Positions 38,255 through 47,284 of a DNA stretch of 64,000 nt are shown here, in pieces. The stretch covers positions 1-64,000 of the IMG/VR virus record IMGVR_UViG_3300049434_000014; one strand, written 5' to 3'. Position numbers and translations under genes: made by a program. How positions within the stretch are numbered: position 1 is the stretch's first letter; every line of letters starts with the position of its first letter. Under the pieces are notes generated by a model that saw only the letters and a program-made list of their open reading frames with translations, was not told where the DNA came from and made no database searches. The DNA comes from a virus.

Positions 38255-38888
38255 TCTCGGACGGTTGGTCTCTGAGGCTCCTGTGGATCCTCCTGAGATC
38301 GATCGCATCCTCACGCAGTTTCGAGGTGACTTAGCTTTCGATGTTGGCGCCAACATTGGGCGCACCGTCGACGTGTTGGCTAAGCAGTTCTCTCGGGTGA
38401 TTGCTTTGGAGCCTTCCGAGGAATCTTTCGACGTGCTCTCCTCACGGTGTGCTCATCTGGAGAATGTGCTGTGTCTTCCGCACGCGGTCTCTGATCGCTG
38501 CGACGACATCGAGCTGGTTGTGTGCACAGACAAGATCACGACTGGTCAGCTGGTAACGGAAAGCTGGCCTGAGTGGGGACGCCAGATTGAGCTTCGTCGT
38601 GTTCCTGCAGTGACTATTGATGCAATGTCTGATACGTTTGACGATCCTGATTTCATTAAGGTCGACGTTGAAGGGCATGAAGTCCTAGTAATCCAGGGTG
38701 GAATGCGAGCCATTCCTCGGTCTCGCCCAGCTTTGTACATTGAAGTACATCGTGAATCGTTAGGTAAAACGCTTTACGATATGCTGAGTCCTCTCTATCC
38801 TGACTTGCATGCTGTTCGGCATCCTCACTATGGAGTCAATGACTGGGGACATGCCAATCATTACTGGCTAGTTGCTTCACATGGCTGA
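38247..38888 (+). CDS. FkbM-family methyltransferase
   Basis: FDVGANIG, ALEP, FIKVDVEGHE..V..G. Confidence 0.85.
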   Translation: MSDLGRLVSEAPVDPPEIDRILTQFRGDLAFDVGANIGRTVDVLAKQFSRVIALEPSEESFDVLSSRCAHLENVLCLPHAVSDRCDDIELVVCTDKITTGQLVTESWPEWGRQIELRRVPAVTIDAMSDTFDDPDFIKVDVEGHEVLVIQGGMRAIPRSRPALYIEVHRESLGKTLYDMLSPLYPDLHAVRHPHYGVNDWGHANHYWLVASHG

Positions 38889-39261
38889 GTTGTCATTGTT
38901 TGACAAGTTTGCCACTCAGGTCAGTACTTATGTTTCACGGGCGTGGTTCTTTGCCGCTTGCGTGATTACTGTATTGCTTTGGGCACCGTCGTTCTATTTG
39001 TTTAGTAATGTCGATACGTGGCAACTGATTATTAATACGCTCACTACCATTGTGACTTTCCTTCTGGTAGCTCTTTTGCAGAACACGCAAAAGCGAGCGG
39101 ACGCGTCGACGCAGATCAAGCTAAACGCCATCGCTGCGGGCCTAGACGAGGTGATGGGTCAGTTCGTCTCGGATCCTCGCGTGTCGATCTCACAGGATGC
39201 TCGAGCTGCTCTGCGTGCGTCGGTAGGGCTTGAGGATCGACAGGGTTCGCAAGAGTGTTGA
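38881..39261 (+). CDS. low-affinity iron permease-family protein
   Basis: DTWQLIINTLTTIVTFLLVALLQNTQ. Confidence 0.85.
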   Translation: MAELSLFDKFATQVSTYVSRAWFFAACVITVLLWAPSFYLFSNVDTWQLIINTLTTIVTFLLVALLQNTQKRADASTQIKLNAIAAGLDEVMGQFVSDPRVSISQDARAALRASVGLEDRQGSQEC

Positions 39262-39277
39262 CTGGGTAGTATTATAT

Positions 39278-39454
39278 ATGCCTACTCTTATAGAGGTTCT
39301 TAAAGTTTCTGCTCAGTTTGTCTTGTGCTTAGTTGGGTTCGCTTTGGTCTTTGGGGCGGCTGGTCTCGCGCTTTCCTTTTTTCTCCAACATCTAGCTACT
39401 CAGCCTTACTACCCTGATCGTGTCCTGCATTGCATAAATGATGTGTGTAAGTAA
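39278..39454 (+). CDS. small membrane protein
   Basis: Start 11 nt after GGGTAGTAT; TM helix. Confidence 0.55.
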   Translation: MPTLIEVLKVSAQFVLCLVGFALVFGAAGLALSFFLQHLATQPYYPDRVLHCINDVCK

Positions 39455-39460
39455 CTACCC

Positions 39461-39510
39461 ATAAGGGTGAACGTACGAGCTTGCATGTCGTACTTCCTGC
39501 ATGGTAGTTT
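39461..39510 (+). promoter_or_regulatory. early promoter in 34-bp direct repeat (copy 1)
   Basis: ATAAGGGTGAACGTACGAGC-TTGCAT-18-TAGTTT; ATG 6 nt downstream. Confidence 0.75.
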
Positions 39511-39516
39511 ACCTAC

Positions 39517-39897
39517 ATGACATCCACCGTGAACGTTCACCAGGCCGACCTTGAGGCCAGGTTCTGTCCCTCCCGCTTCCAGATGGCCACCGCTGCAGCG
39601 ATGCTGGCTGCGAATCCCGGTGCGCACTCTGTTGTCGTGCCGATCGCTCTGCCTGGGAAGGATCCGGGTTGGTGGGAAGCTGGCCAGGCCGTCGAGTACC
39701 CTCCCGGCTACTTCCTGGCCATCACGAATGACTGGGATGGTCCTGAGTCCTACGCTGCCGCGCGCAACGAGGCCGAGGCTGTCTCGGAACGGCACATGGT
39801 TGCCGTGACCGGCACGACTGCTTACGCGTCGATTCGTCCTGATGGCACGTTCGCTGTCTACGAGGGTTCGTGTGTGTCGAGTCTCCGCAAGCGGTAG
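39517..39897 (+). CDS. hypothetical early protein (leaderless)
   Basis: No RBS; ATG at predicted +1. Confidence 0.65.
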   Translation: MTSTVNVHQADLEARFCPSRFQMATAAAMLAANPGAHSVVVPIALPGKDPGWWEAGQAVEYPPGYFLAITNDWDGPESYAAARNEAEAVSERHMVAVTGTTAYASIRPDGTFAVYEGSCVSSLRKR

Positions 39898-39913
39898 GTC
39901 TGTGCTTGAGCGG

Positions 39914-39938
39914 CGCGAGAGCGATGGCAGCTCTCGCG
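39914..39938 (+). terminator. hairpin
   Basis: CGCGAGAGC...GCTCTCGCG. Confidence 0.5.
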
Positions 39939-39969
39939 TCGTTCTCGTATGTCACCTGTAAGGGTACCT

Positions 39970-40018
39970 ATAAGGGTGAACGTACGAGCTTGCATGTTGT
40001 ACTAGCCCGTGCTATCTT
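39970..40018 (+). promoter_or_regulatory. early promoter in 34-bp direct repeat (copy 2)
   Basis: Same repeat with one mismatch; TTGCAT-17-TATCTT; ATG 6 nt downstream. Confidence 0.75.
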
Positions 40019-40024
40019 ATGTAC

Positions 40025-40345
40025 ATGAGAACGAACGAAGCCACCGCAACAGCGGCCAACCTCGAACGTATGGCTCGCCAGCGTCAGATGGCTCAGAGCA
40101 TGGGCTTCCTGGCTCCGCAGGGTCGTGATGGCAACCTCAGGCACGTCAGTGATCTGGCTGAGCTGTCTGTTACCGATCCTGAGGTGTCGTGGCGGCTGTC
40201 TCTGAAAGAGGCTCGCACCGCTCGGTTCTCGGGCAAGCTGAGTACCTACACGATCGAGACTGGCTCCATTGAGTTGTCAAATCTGACTGACGGTCAGTTC
40301 AGCGCGATCTTGATGGGTGCGCTCACGGCGCTTGGCATCTGGTAG
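40025..40345 (+). CDS. hypothetical early protein (leaderless)
   Basis: ATG at predicted +1; ends at motif TAG. Confidence 0.65.
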   Translation: MRTNEATATAANLERMARQRQMAQSMGFLAPQGRDGNLRHVSDLAELSVTDPEVSWRLSLKEARTARFSGKLSTYTIETGSIELSNLTDGQFSAILMGALTALGIW

Positions 40346-40382
40346 GACGTCGTTGACAAGGGGATCAACCCAGGAGGTTGTT

Positions 40383-40973
40383 ATGTATCTGAACATGCTT
40401 CGCTACCGGCTTATGGCCTATCCAGGCCCCGTTCGGGGGCACTTGACTCTTGGAGATCCTTCTGCGGTTGAGTTTGTGACGAGTAGGTTGGAGTCGGTTC
40501 TCCCGAATACGTACCGCTTCCATAAAGAATGTGGTCTCACTGTACTGAAGTGGGATTTCATTGAACAGACGAAACCGACTTTGTTTCAGTTGACGAGTGA
40601 GTTGTTGACTGACGCGAGCAATGAGATTGAGATTAAATCTACGTCAGGATTTGATCTGCTTGCCTCTGTCATCGCTCGTGGAACTGTTCACGGACATTAC
40701 GGGAACACGTATTGGGGTCGTGAATACGAAACTCTGCACCTTTTGTTATGCGGTATTGATTGGTCGGAGCGTCCTCGGGTGGAGTCGAACACTTGGACGA
40801 ATTTCGTAGGAACGTTTGCTGAGAATGATGATCGGCAAGAGGTGCTTTCGACGCAGTTGCATTGCCGTTGTATCGAGCAGGTCGAAGTGGAGTTTGGACT
40901 TGAGCCTCCGTCGCTGGCTCAGATGATCTGCGCACTGGGCGCGGGTGAGTTGGAGCGAATCTTCGATGTCTAG
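40383..40973 (+). CDS. hypothetical protein
   Basis: AGGAGG RBS. Confidence 0.65.
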   Translation: MYLNMLRYRLMAYPGPVRGHLTLGDPSAVEFVTSRLESVLPNTYRFHKECGLTVLKWDFIEQTKPTLFQLTSELLTDASNEIEIKSTSGFDLLASVIARGTVHGHYGNTYWGREYETLHLLLCGIDWSERPRVESNTWTNFVGTFAENDDRQEVLSTQLHCRCIEQVEVEFGLEPPSLAQMICALGAGELERIFDV

Positions 40974-41226
40974 ACCGCGTCCTGGTGGTGAACGCAGAGG
41001 GAGCGCGTCTGATCGACGTGCTCGCAAGGTATGGATGTTATTTACCTGGGGTGACGGTGAGAGCTGTCGCTGCGTTCACTGCGGGAAGCGGTTGTGTTTC
41101 GAGACGGTCGAGTCTGATCGGATTGTTCCAGGCGGTAGTTACCGTCGTGACAATATTCAGCCAGCCTGTCGACGTTGCAATGCTGCGCGAAGCAACCGGG
41201 TAGACTGGTGTTTTGCAGGAAGTTGA
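40966..41226 (+). CDS. small HNH-type endonuclease
   Basis: CVHCG...DRIVPGGSY..DNIQPAC..CN..R. Confidence 0.75.
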   Translation: MSRPRPGGERRGSASDRRARKVWMLFTWGDGESCRCVHCGKRLCFETVESDRIVPGGSYRRDNIQPACRRCNAARSNRVDWCFAGS

Positions 41227-41231
41227 GTAAA

Positions 41232-41255
41232 TCCCGTGCGGAACCTCGCGCGGGA
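41232..41255 (+). terminator. hairpin
   Basis: TCCCGTGCG...CGCGCGGGA. Confidence 0.5.
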
Positions 41256-41272
41256 CGGTAGGACTGTCATAC

Positions 41273-41343
41273 GGGTGGTGTGCTGAAGGATCGGGGTACT
41301 TCTCCGATAAGACAATCCTGATCCGCTTTAGTTGCCATCACCT
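41273..41343 (+). ncRNA. Y-RNA-like RNA 1 (short type)
   Basis: Ends pair (GGGTGGTG/CATCACCT); GTGCTGAAGG...TACTTC...AGTTGCC; inner stem GGATCGGG/CCTGATCC; upstream of TROVE. Confidence 0.7.
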
Positions 41344-41352
41344 CACCGCTTT

Positions 41353-41430
41353 GGGTGAGTGCGTGCTGCAGGCGCGGAGTTCTTCAATTGGTGAAAACAA
41401 CGCTGCGCCGTCAAGTTGCCGCACTCACCT
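41353..41430 (+). ncRNA. Y-RNA-like RNA 2 (short type)
   Basis: GGGTGAGTGCG/CGCACTCACCT stem; GTGCTGCAGG...TTCTTC...AGTTGCC; inner stem GGCGCGG/CTGCGCC. Confidence 0.7.
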
Positions 41431-41434
41431 TTTT

Positions 41435-41568
41435 AGTGACGTGCTGAAGGAGCGGCCTACTTCGGATAAATCACTGGTCTCAAAAATCGGTGATGAGTTG
41501 GGTTCGATATCCCAACAACCCAGCGGGCGACTGCTGGGATTAGGCTGAGCCACATGGTTGCCGTCACT
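41435..41568 (+). ncRNA. Y-RNA-like RNA 3 (YrlA-like, tRNA-like domain)
   Basis: AGTGACG/CGTCACT stem; GTGCTGAAGG...TACTTC...GGTTGCC; T-arm-like GTTGGG-TTCGATAT-CCCAAC; CTCAAAA loop hairpin. Confidence 0.75.
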
Positions 41569-41589
41569 TCCTACAAGGAGATGAATCCA

Positions 41590-43278
41590 ATGTCTAAGTT
41601 CGAGAGCACGCTGCGTAATCGTGGTTTGACGTCTGCAATCACTACGTTGGACGGTTCTGACCTTTCTACTTATAATGGCGCTCCTGGCTTTGAGCGCGAT
41701 GCGCAGAGCGAGTTGCTGTTGCTCGCCTCGCAGTTCATGGTCAATGAAAAGACTTACTACGAGAATGATGTCGATCGTCGGACTCGTTTCAACATGCTTA
41801 TTTGGATCTGTGCTGTTGAGGCTGAAGACTGGACGGTCGACTTCCTGCGTTGGCTGCGCTGTGATGCCAACATCCGTTCCGCGTCTATCGCGGGTGCGTG
41901 CGAGTTTGTGCATGGCCGTTGGTTCGTCAACGACGAGCTGGCTATGCGCTCTAAGCCGCTGCGTAAGTTCAATGCCTCCCTAGGACGCCAGGTCGCCGAT
42001 CTGGTCTGTCAGCGTGGCGATGAGCCTGCAGAGCTGCTGGCCTACTGGGTGTCGACCTACGGCAAGCCGATCCCTGCTGCGATCCGTCGTGGCGCGGGTG
42101 ATGCTGCAACGCGTCTGTACACTGAGTTCAATGCTGGCAAGTACGATGGTAATCGTCGTGCCTTCCGTATGGGAGACTTGCTGCAGTTGTCTCGCCCTTG
42201 CCCCACGTCGCCTGCTCAGAGCGGTTTGTTCAAGGGTCTTATTGCCGACCGTCTGGGAATCACTGAGGATACGCATCCTGATTTGAAGATGCGTTTAATG
42301 CGTGAGGCTCTGTTTTCGTACCCAGTCGAGATTCGTCGTGACTTTGTGAAGGCTTCTGTTGCACGAGCGTCGGAGGCATTTAAGGCAGCTGGTTTCGTGT
42401 GGGAAGATGTCGCGGGTTGGCTGCAGGGTCCGATGGATAAGACTGCGTGGGAAGCGTGCGTCCCGATCATGGGTGTGTTCGCTCTGCTGCGGAATCTGCG
42501 CAACTTTGACGAGGTCGGTGTTTCTGATGAGGTGGTACAGAAGGTCTGTGAAAAGATCTCGGAGACTGAGGCCGTATGTCGTGCTCGGGTGTTCCCAATG
42601 CGGTTCCTATCTGCGTACCGTGCGGCTCCGTCGCTTCGTTGGAGTTGGGCTTTGGAGCGTGGCATGGCCGCGTCGTTGTCGCTCTTGCCGACTCTACGAG
42701 GCCGGTCGCTACTTCTGATTGATTCATCGGATTCGATGTATGAGTCAATCTCTGAGGATTCGGAGTTGATGTTCTCAGACAATGCGAAGGCGTTTGGTCT
42801 CGCGCTGGCGAAGCGGATCCTCGAGTCTGGTCGTGGTGACTCGGTTGACGTGGTGTCGTTTTCCTCGACTCCAACCTGGGGACCGAAGATGGGCGCGGTT
42901 CCGTCAAGGGTCTTCACTCCTCGTTTGGGCGAGTCGGTGTTGGCGGCTCTCGCTCGGTGGGAGAATGAGGGTTTGGATTTGCGGTGGGGCACGGACACGA
43001 TTGGTGCGGTGAATCGTCATTACCATTCGCACGATCGAGTCATTGTCTTGACTGATGCACAGGCTGATGACCATCCGGCTGAGCATGTGTTCGCTGCGAT
43101 TCCAGATCGTGTCCCGTGCTATACGTACAATCTGGTCGGCTACCGGGCTGGCCATGCTCCGTCCGGTGTCAAGAATCGTCACGAGCTTTCGGGCTTGAGC
43201 GATGCTTCTTTCACCATCATGTCTGCGCTCGAGGCTCATGGGTCCGGGCGCTGGCCGTGGGAGCATGCTGTCGCGTGA
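41590..43278 (+). CDS. rsr: TROVE-domain RNA-binding protein (Ro60/Rsr) with vWA-like C-terminus
   Basis: GAPGF.RDA.SELLLLA...E.TYYE; R.DEPAE.LAY; ALLRNLRNFD; DSSDSM MIDAS-like; GTD, LTD.Q; AAGGAG RBS. Confidence 0.9.
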   Translation: MSKFESTLRNRGLTSAITTLDGSDLSTYNGAPGFERDAQSELLLLASQFMVNEKTYYENDVDRRTRFNMLIWICAVEAEDWTVDFLRWLRCDANIRSASIAGACEFVHGRWFVNDELAMRSKPLRKFNASLGRQVADLVCQRGDEPAELLAYWVSTYGKPIPAAIRRGAGDAATRLYTEFNAGKYDGNRRAFRMGDLLQLSRPCPTSPAQSGLFKGLIADRLGITEDTHPDLKMRLMREALFSYPVEIRRDFVKASVARASEAFKAAGFVWEDVAGWLQGPMDKTAWEACVPIMGVFALLRNLRNFDEVGVSDEVVQKVCEKISETEAVCRARVFPMRFLSAYRAAPSLRWSWALERGMAASLSLLPTLRGRSLLLIDSSDSMYESISEDSELMFSDNAKAFGLALAKRILESGRGDSVDVVSFSSTPTWGPKMGAVPSRVFTPRLGESVLAALARWENEGLDLRWGTDTIGAVNRHYHSHDRVIVLTDAQADDHPAEHVFAAIPDRVPCYTYNLVGYRAGHAPSGVKNRHELSGLSDASFTIMSALEAHGSGRWPWEHAVA

Positions 43279-43309
43279 GCGCTTGAGTCGGAGACGGTAG
43301 GACAATAAC

Positions 43310-44410
43310 ATGCTCTCCCATCTCCGACTTACCAACTTTCAATCTCACCGTAATACCGATCTTGAGTTGGGTCGTTTTACGGTCATTGTCGGTCCGTCCA
43401 GTTCCGGCAAGTCTGCGGTTGCCAGAGCTTTACGGGTGCTCGTTTCGAATTCACGGGGCACTTCCTATGTGAGCCATGGGGCACGCTCTGCTCGCATTGA
43501 GGGTGCGTTTGCTCAGTTTGAAGGTGACCCGCTCGACGGGCAGATGCGTATTGCCGTTGAGCGCGGCGCGGGTAAGTCTGTTTATGAATTGCAGATTGCT
43601 GGTGACGATGAAGTCCACACTTTTACAAAGTGTGGCACCAATGTCCCTGATATGGTTTCTGCAGCTCATGATCTCGGCGATGACGAGATGTGGCTCGCTG
43701 GTCAGTTTGATCGCCCATTCTTGCTTGACGAGAATGGTAGTCACATTGCTCGCGTACTAGGTGATCTCACTAATGTGAGTATGATTTTCGCCGCTGTCCG
43801 GGAATGCAATCGTCGGGCGTCTGGTGCGAAGACTCGTTTCACAAGTCGTCAAGCTGATCTCGAGAAAGTTCGAGAGGCTATTCAGGAATACGTAGACTTG
43901 CCTGGCAAGCTCGCGGCGTGTGCTGCAGCGGAAGCGGCTGTAGTCAGAGTTTCTGAGTTAGATCAGCGTCGGATTTTGCTTCGAATGATTTGTGAAGATG
44001 CCGAGCGTTCACATAAACGCGCTGTGCATGCGCGTTTGCAATTGCGTCCTGTCCCTCGCATAGAGTCGCTGGTCACTGCAGAAAGTCGCAGGTCGCGATT
44101 GGCTGAGCTTGTGCGTACCGTGGAGGACGTAGCGGTGCGTCGATCCGCTATTCGTCTCGTATCCGTTCCTGATGTTTCTCCCTTAACCGCACTCGCCGCT
44201 AGTCGTACACATTTGCGTACTGTGTTAACAGAATTGGGCCAGGCCGAAGTTTCCAGACGTCAAGCCATTGAGTTGGCCGAGCGGGCTCGCACGGCTGCAG
44301 AGGAGGCCCGCGATCGTCTGGGTCAGGCATTGACTGATGCAGGCATGTGTCCGACATGTGGTGCATCCTCTGAGCACGCTCGCCTCGATCATGTAGTGAG
44401 CGTTTCCTAA
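43310..44410 (+). CDS. SbcC/Rad50-like ATPase, N-terminal half ending at Zn hook
   Basis: NFQSH, Walker A GPSSSGKS, Q-loop GQFD.PFLL, coiled coil, terminal CPTCG. Confidence 0.8.
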   Translation: MLSHLRLTNFQSHRNTDLELGRFTVIVGPSSSGKSAVARALRVLVSNSRGTSYVSHGARSARIEGAFAQFEGDPLDGQMRIAVERGAGKSVYELQIAGDDEVHTFTKCGTNVPDMVSAAHDLGDDEMWLAGQFDRPFLLDENGSHIARVLGDLTNVSMIFAAVRECNRRASGAKTRFTSRQADLEKVREAIQEYVDLPGKLAACAAAEAAVVRVSELDQRRILLRMICEDAERSHKRAVHARLQLRPVPRIESLVTAESRRSRLAELVRTVEDVAVRRSAIRLVSVPDVSPLTALAASRTHLRTVLTELGQAEVSRRQAIELAERARTAAEEARDRLGQALTDAGMCPTCGASSEHARLDHVVSVS

Positions 44411-44434
44411 GAGGAATGACGTTTCACGTAAGAG

Positions 44435-44899
44435 GTGAGATTTGTGGCTGAAATCTGTGTGTTTTTTAACGAAGATGGGATGGTGGTTGGGCCAGAATGG
44501 TCCGTAGACAGAGCGAATCGTTTAGTGCGTGAGATGCGTAAAGCATCCCCAGCTCCGGGTGATTCAGATTTGTTAGTTCTAGCACGATGGATTCATGAAT
44601 TGTTTGAAGAACGACCACAGTCTCGTTACTGGCCTACGATGGCTCGTTATGAAGGTGATCGGTCAATCTACAGGGCATTGATTGATTTATGTTCTTGGGA
44701 AGAGATAGACGCTTTGTATCGTGCGGAGCCTGAGGACGTGCTTGCCGCGTCGAACATGGTTCGGTGGGTGCTGCGGTTGCCCCAGCAATCTTCTGTGTTG
44801 GTGGTCTTCAAATCGCTACCTCCCACCGCTGCTCTGGTGGAGGTACCTCAGCAGTGCTTTGGCCGGTCTCCTGAACGGAGGCTCGCTTCAGCCGGGTAG
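44435..44899 (+). CDS. hypothetical protein
   Basis: ORF between sbcC-like and sbcD-like genes; ends at motif TAG. Confidence 0.55.
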   Translation: MRFVAEICVFFNEDGMVVGPEWSVDRANRLVREMRKASPAPGDSDLLVLARWIHELFEERPQSRYWPTMARYEGDRSIYRALIDLCSWEEIDALYRAEPEDVLAASNMVRWVLRLPQQSSVLVVFKSLPPTAALVEVPQQCFGRSPERRLASAG

Positions 44900-44907
44900 G
44901 ACTGTGT

Positions 44908-45882
44908 GTGACTGAGATTCTTTGTGTAGGTGATCTCCACCTATCCGACCGTGCGCCTTCGAATTGCACTGACTCTTACAACGATGATTTGTTCACCATG
45001 TTGTGGGAGATTGTGGAGCTGGCCAGGTCGAATGAGTATGATGCAATCGTTTTCGCTGGAGATCTCTTTCATCTGAAGCAAGCGAATCGTACATCACATT
45101 CTACTGTTCAACGAATGATTGAAGTTGTACAGGCTTCTCCGTGCGATGTCTATTTTGTGATAGGTAATCACGACATCCAGCATGATCGGGTGGAGTCGAT
45201 TTATGAGACTCAGCCGTTTGGTGTAGTGCTTAAAGCTGGTGCACATCTGTTGGATGGGCATGCTTCTGGACTACCGCTTTATGGTGTCTCGTGGCAGCAA
45301 CACTGGGATCGTGATTGTTCAGGTGAGTTTGAGCGTTGGCGTGAGATGGATACTGATTACGCCATGCATTCTTTGCTGGTGACGCATTCCCCTATCTATC
45401 CTCCTGGGCAGGAGTTGCCGTGGGAGAACATCCCGGCTTCGACTATTGCTAAGTGGATGGGCAATGTAGGGCACTGTTATTACGGCCATGTGCACGATTT
45501 GCATGGTACGTTTTATGTTGATGGTGTGACATTCTGCAATCAAGGCGCGCTGTCTCGCGGGTCGTTGCATGAGAGCGATCTGACTAGGCGTCCTGCTGTT
45601 ACGGTGTGGCGCTCGGATGTTATGGGGCCTGCAGCGTTTGAACGTATTGAGTTGAAGACTGCCAAGCCTGTTGACGAGGTCTTCCGTCTTGCCGCTGCAG
45701 CGGAGCGCGCAGGCTATGCGGGCCGCCTCGAGGCGTTTTTGGCTGCGGTGGGTTCTAGCTCTGTTGAGATTGCTAGCATTGAATCGGTACTAGCTAATGT
45801 TCGATCGATGGACTTGCCTGACGCTGTGATTGGTCTTGCCGAAGAAGTGTTAACGCTTGCGAGTCATGGAGAGTTGAAGTGA
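44908..45882 (+). CDS. SbcD/Mre11-like metallophosphoesterase nuclease
   Basis: GDLH, AGDLF, GNHD, TH, GHVH motifs. Confidence 0.85.
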   Translation: MTEILCVGDLHLSDRAPSNCTDSYNDDLFTMLWEIVELARSNEYDAIVFAGDLFHLKQANRTSHSTVQRMIEVVQASPCDVYFVIGNHDIQHDRVESIYETQPFGVVLKAGAHLLDGHASGLPLYGVSWQQHWDRDCSGEFERWREMDTDYAMHSLLVTHSPIYPPGQELPWENIPASTIAKWMGNVGHCYYGHVHDLHGTFYVDGVTFCNQGALSRGSLHESDLTRRPAVTVWRSDVMGPAAFERIELKTAKPVDEVFRLAAAAERAGYAGRLEAFLAAVGSSSVEIASIESVLANVRSMDLPDAVIGLAEEVLTLASHGELK

Positions 45883-46094
45883 CAAAGGCTAAAGACAATC
45901 TCGTGACTGCGGTCGCTGAAGCGTTGGCTTCTACCGCGATGCGTACAAAGGAAAATGATTTCCAGTCACATCAGTTTCGGTTCTACTCACTTCCCCATGA
46001 TGCACGCTTTCAGCATGTGGAGCGGGCAAAGACTATTGTTGATCGTCTTCTGATGGAGGGTGCTGTTCAGCTTCCTGTGGAGACTTCAGCATGA
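45879..46094 (+). CDS. hypothetical protein
   Basis: Overlaps both neighbours (GTGA/ATGA). Confidence 0.55.
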   Translation: MTKAKDNLVTAVAEALASTAMRTKENDFQSHQFRFYSLPHDARFQHVERAKTIVDRLLMEGAVQLPVETSA

Positions 46095-47284
46095 TCTCAA
46101 CAGACAATCCAGTCACGCTGTTGCATGGTGCTGTTGAAGACGCGCTTGCTTTCATTCCTGACAATAGCGTTGATGCTGTTGTGACTGATCCTCCTTATGC
46201 TTTGAGTATGGGTGGTGGAACAAGTCACTGGGATACGTATTCAGCTAAAGAGTTTGCTGCGTGGTGTGAGTTGTGGTCGACGGAGTGTCTGCGTATCGCT
46301 AAGCCGGGTTCGTGGATGCTCGCTGCGTCGTCGGCGCGGACGTCGCATCGGCTGCGCCAAGGCATGGAGGATGCGGGCTGGGCCATCATTGACGAGATCG
46401 ACTGGATCTATCCTGTCTCGCTGCACCGGGCTATTGATCTCCCGACTCGCCTTGCTCTGGCCAACGCTGATCCTGCGTTGATCGAGTCGATGGTGGGCAG
46501 GTCGACGTCGATCAAGTCGCGTCGTGAGCCGTTTGTGTTGGCGCGTGCGCCTCTCGAGCGGTCTTTGCTGAACACGGTGACCACCTACGGCACTGCGACG
46601 CTTGACGTTGATTCTACGGCCTCTGAGTCGGGTTCCTGGCCATGCAACGTGGTGTTCTCGCACCACGAGGAGTGCACCAAGGACGGGCGCTGCATCCCTG
46701 GCTGTCCTGTGGCTGATCTCGGAATCAATGCTCCGTTGTTTCCTGCGTTCTACTGGTGCGATAAGCCATCGACGGGCGAGCGACCTAAGGTCGAAGTAGA
46801 GATTGGTGAGGGAACGGGTAAGCTTTCAACGATTGGTGAGGTTCGTCGTTGGAAGTGCAAAGTGTGTCAGGCTGTTACGCATTCGTATATGAAGAAGGGT
46901 TCTACCTATTCATCTGTCCCACATAAGGTTTGTTCTCACTACGATGAGGATCCCGCTAATTATGTACCATTGAAGCAGAATGATTACGTTTCGGAGATCT
47001 CTCATAACACGGTTAAGCCTCTGAACCTGATGAGGTGGTTCATCCGTCTGGTCTCGAAGCCTGGGGATACGATCTTGGAACCGTTTTTAGGGAGCGGAAC
47101 CACAGCTGAGGCTGCTGTGATTGAACGTCGCAGGGTCATCGGTGTTGAACGTGATGCCTCATCGGTAGAACTAACTAGGTCACGGCTACGTCGAGTGCAG
47201 TGCTCGCGGCTGGACAGGGTTGTGCTGAGGGAGGCTGACAATGGACGTGAAGTACCCGGAGATCGAGGTACAGCTGTCGGGTGA
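46091..47284 (+). CDS. N6-A/N4-C DNA methyltransferase (beta class)
   Basis: TDPPY before H.TVKP..LM and EPFLGSGTT. Confidence 0.9.
   Translation: MISTDNPVTLLHGAVEDALAFIPDNSVDAVVTDPPYALSMGGGTSHWDTYSAKEFAAWCELWSTECLRIAKPGSWMLAASSARTSHRLRQGMEDAGWAIIDEIDWIYPVSLHRAIDLPTRLALANADPALIESMVGRSTSIKSRREPFVLARAPLERSLLNTVTTYGTATLDVDSTASESGSWPCNVVFSHHEECTKDGRCIPGCPVADLGINAPLFPAFYWCDKPSTGERPKVEVEIGEGTGKLSTIGEVRRWKCKVCQAVTHSYMKKGSTYSSVPHKVCSHYDEDPANYVPLKQNDYVSEISHNTVKPLNLMRWFIRLVSKPGDTILEPFLGSGTTAEAAVIERRRVIGVERDASSVELTRSRLRRVQCSRLDRVVLREADNGREVPGDRGTAVG

Noticed and set aside
41273-41568. CRISPR-like mini-array or true tRNA-Leu(CAA)
   Set aside because: Units share short motifs and structure rather than identical repeats; unit 3 lacks a D-arm and an open acceptor end
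41554-41589. TROVE start at 41554 as in the ORF track
   Set aside because: Overlaps the 3' stem of Y-like RNA 3; AAGGAG is suitably spaced for ATG 41590
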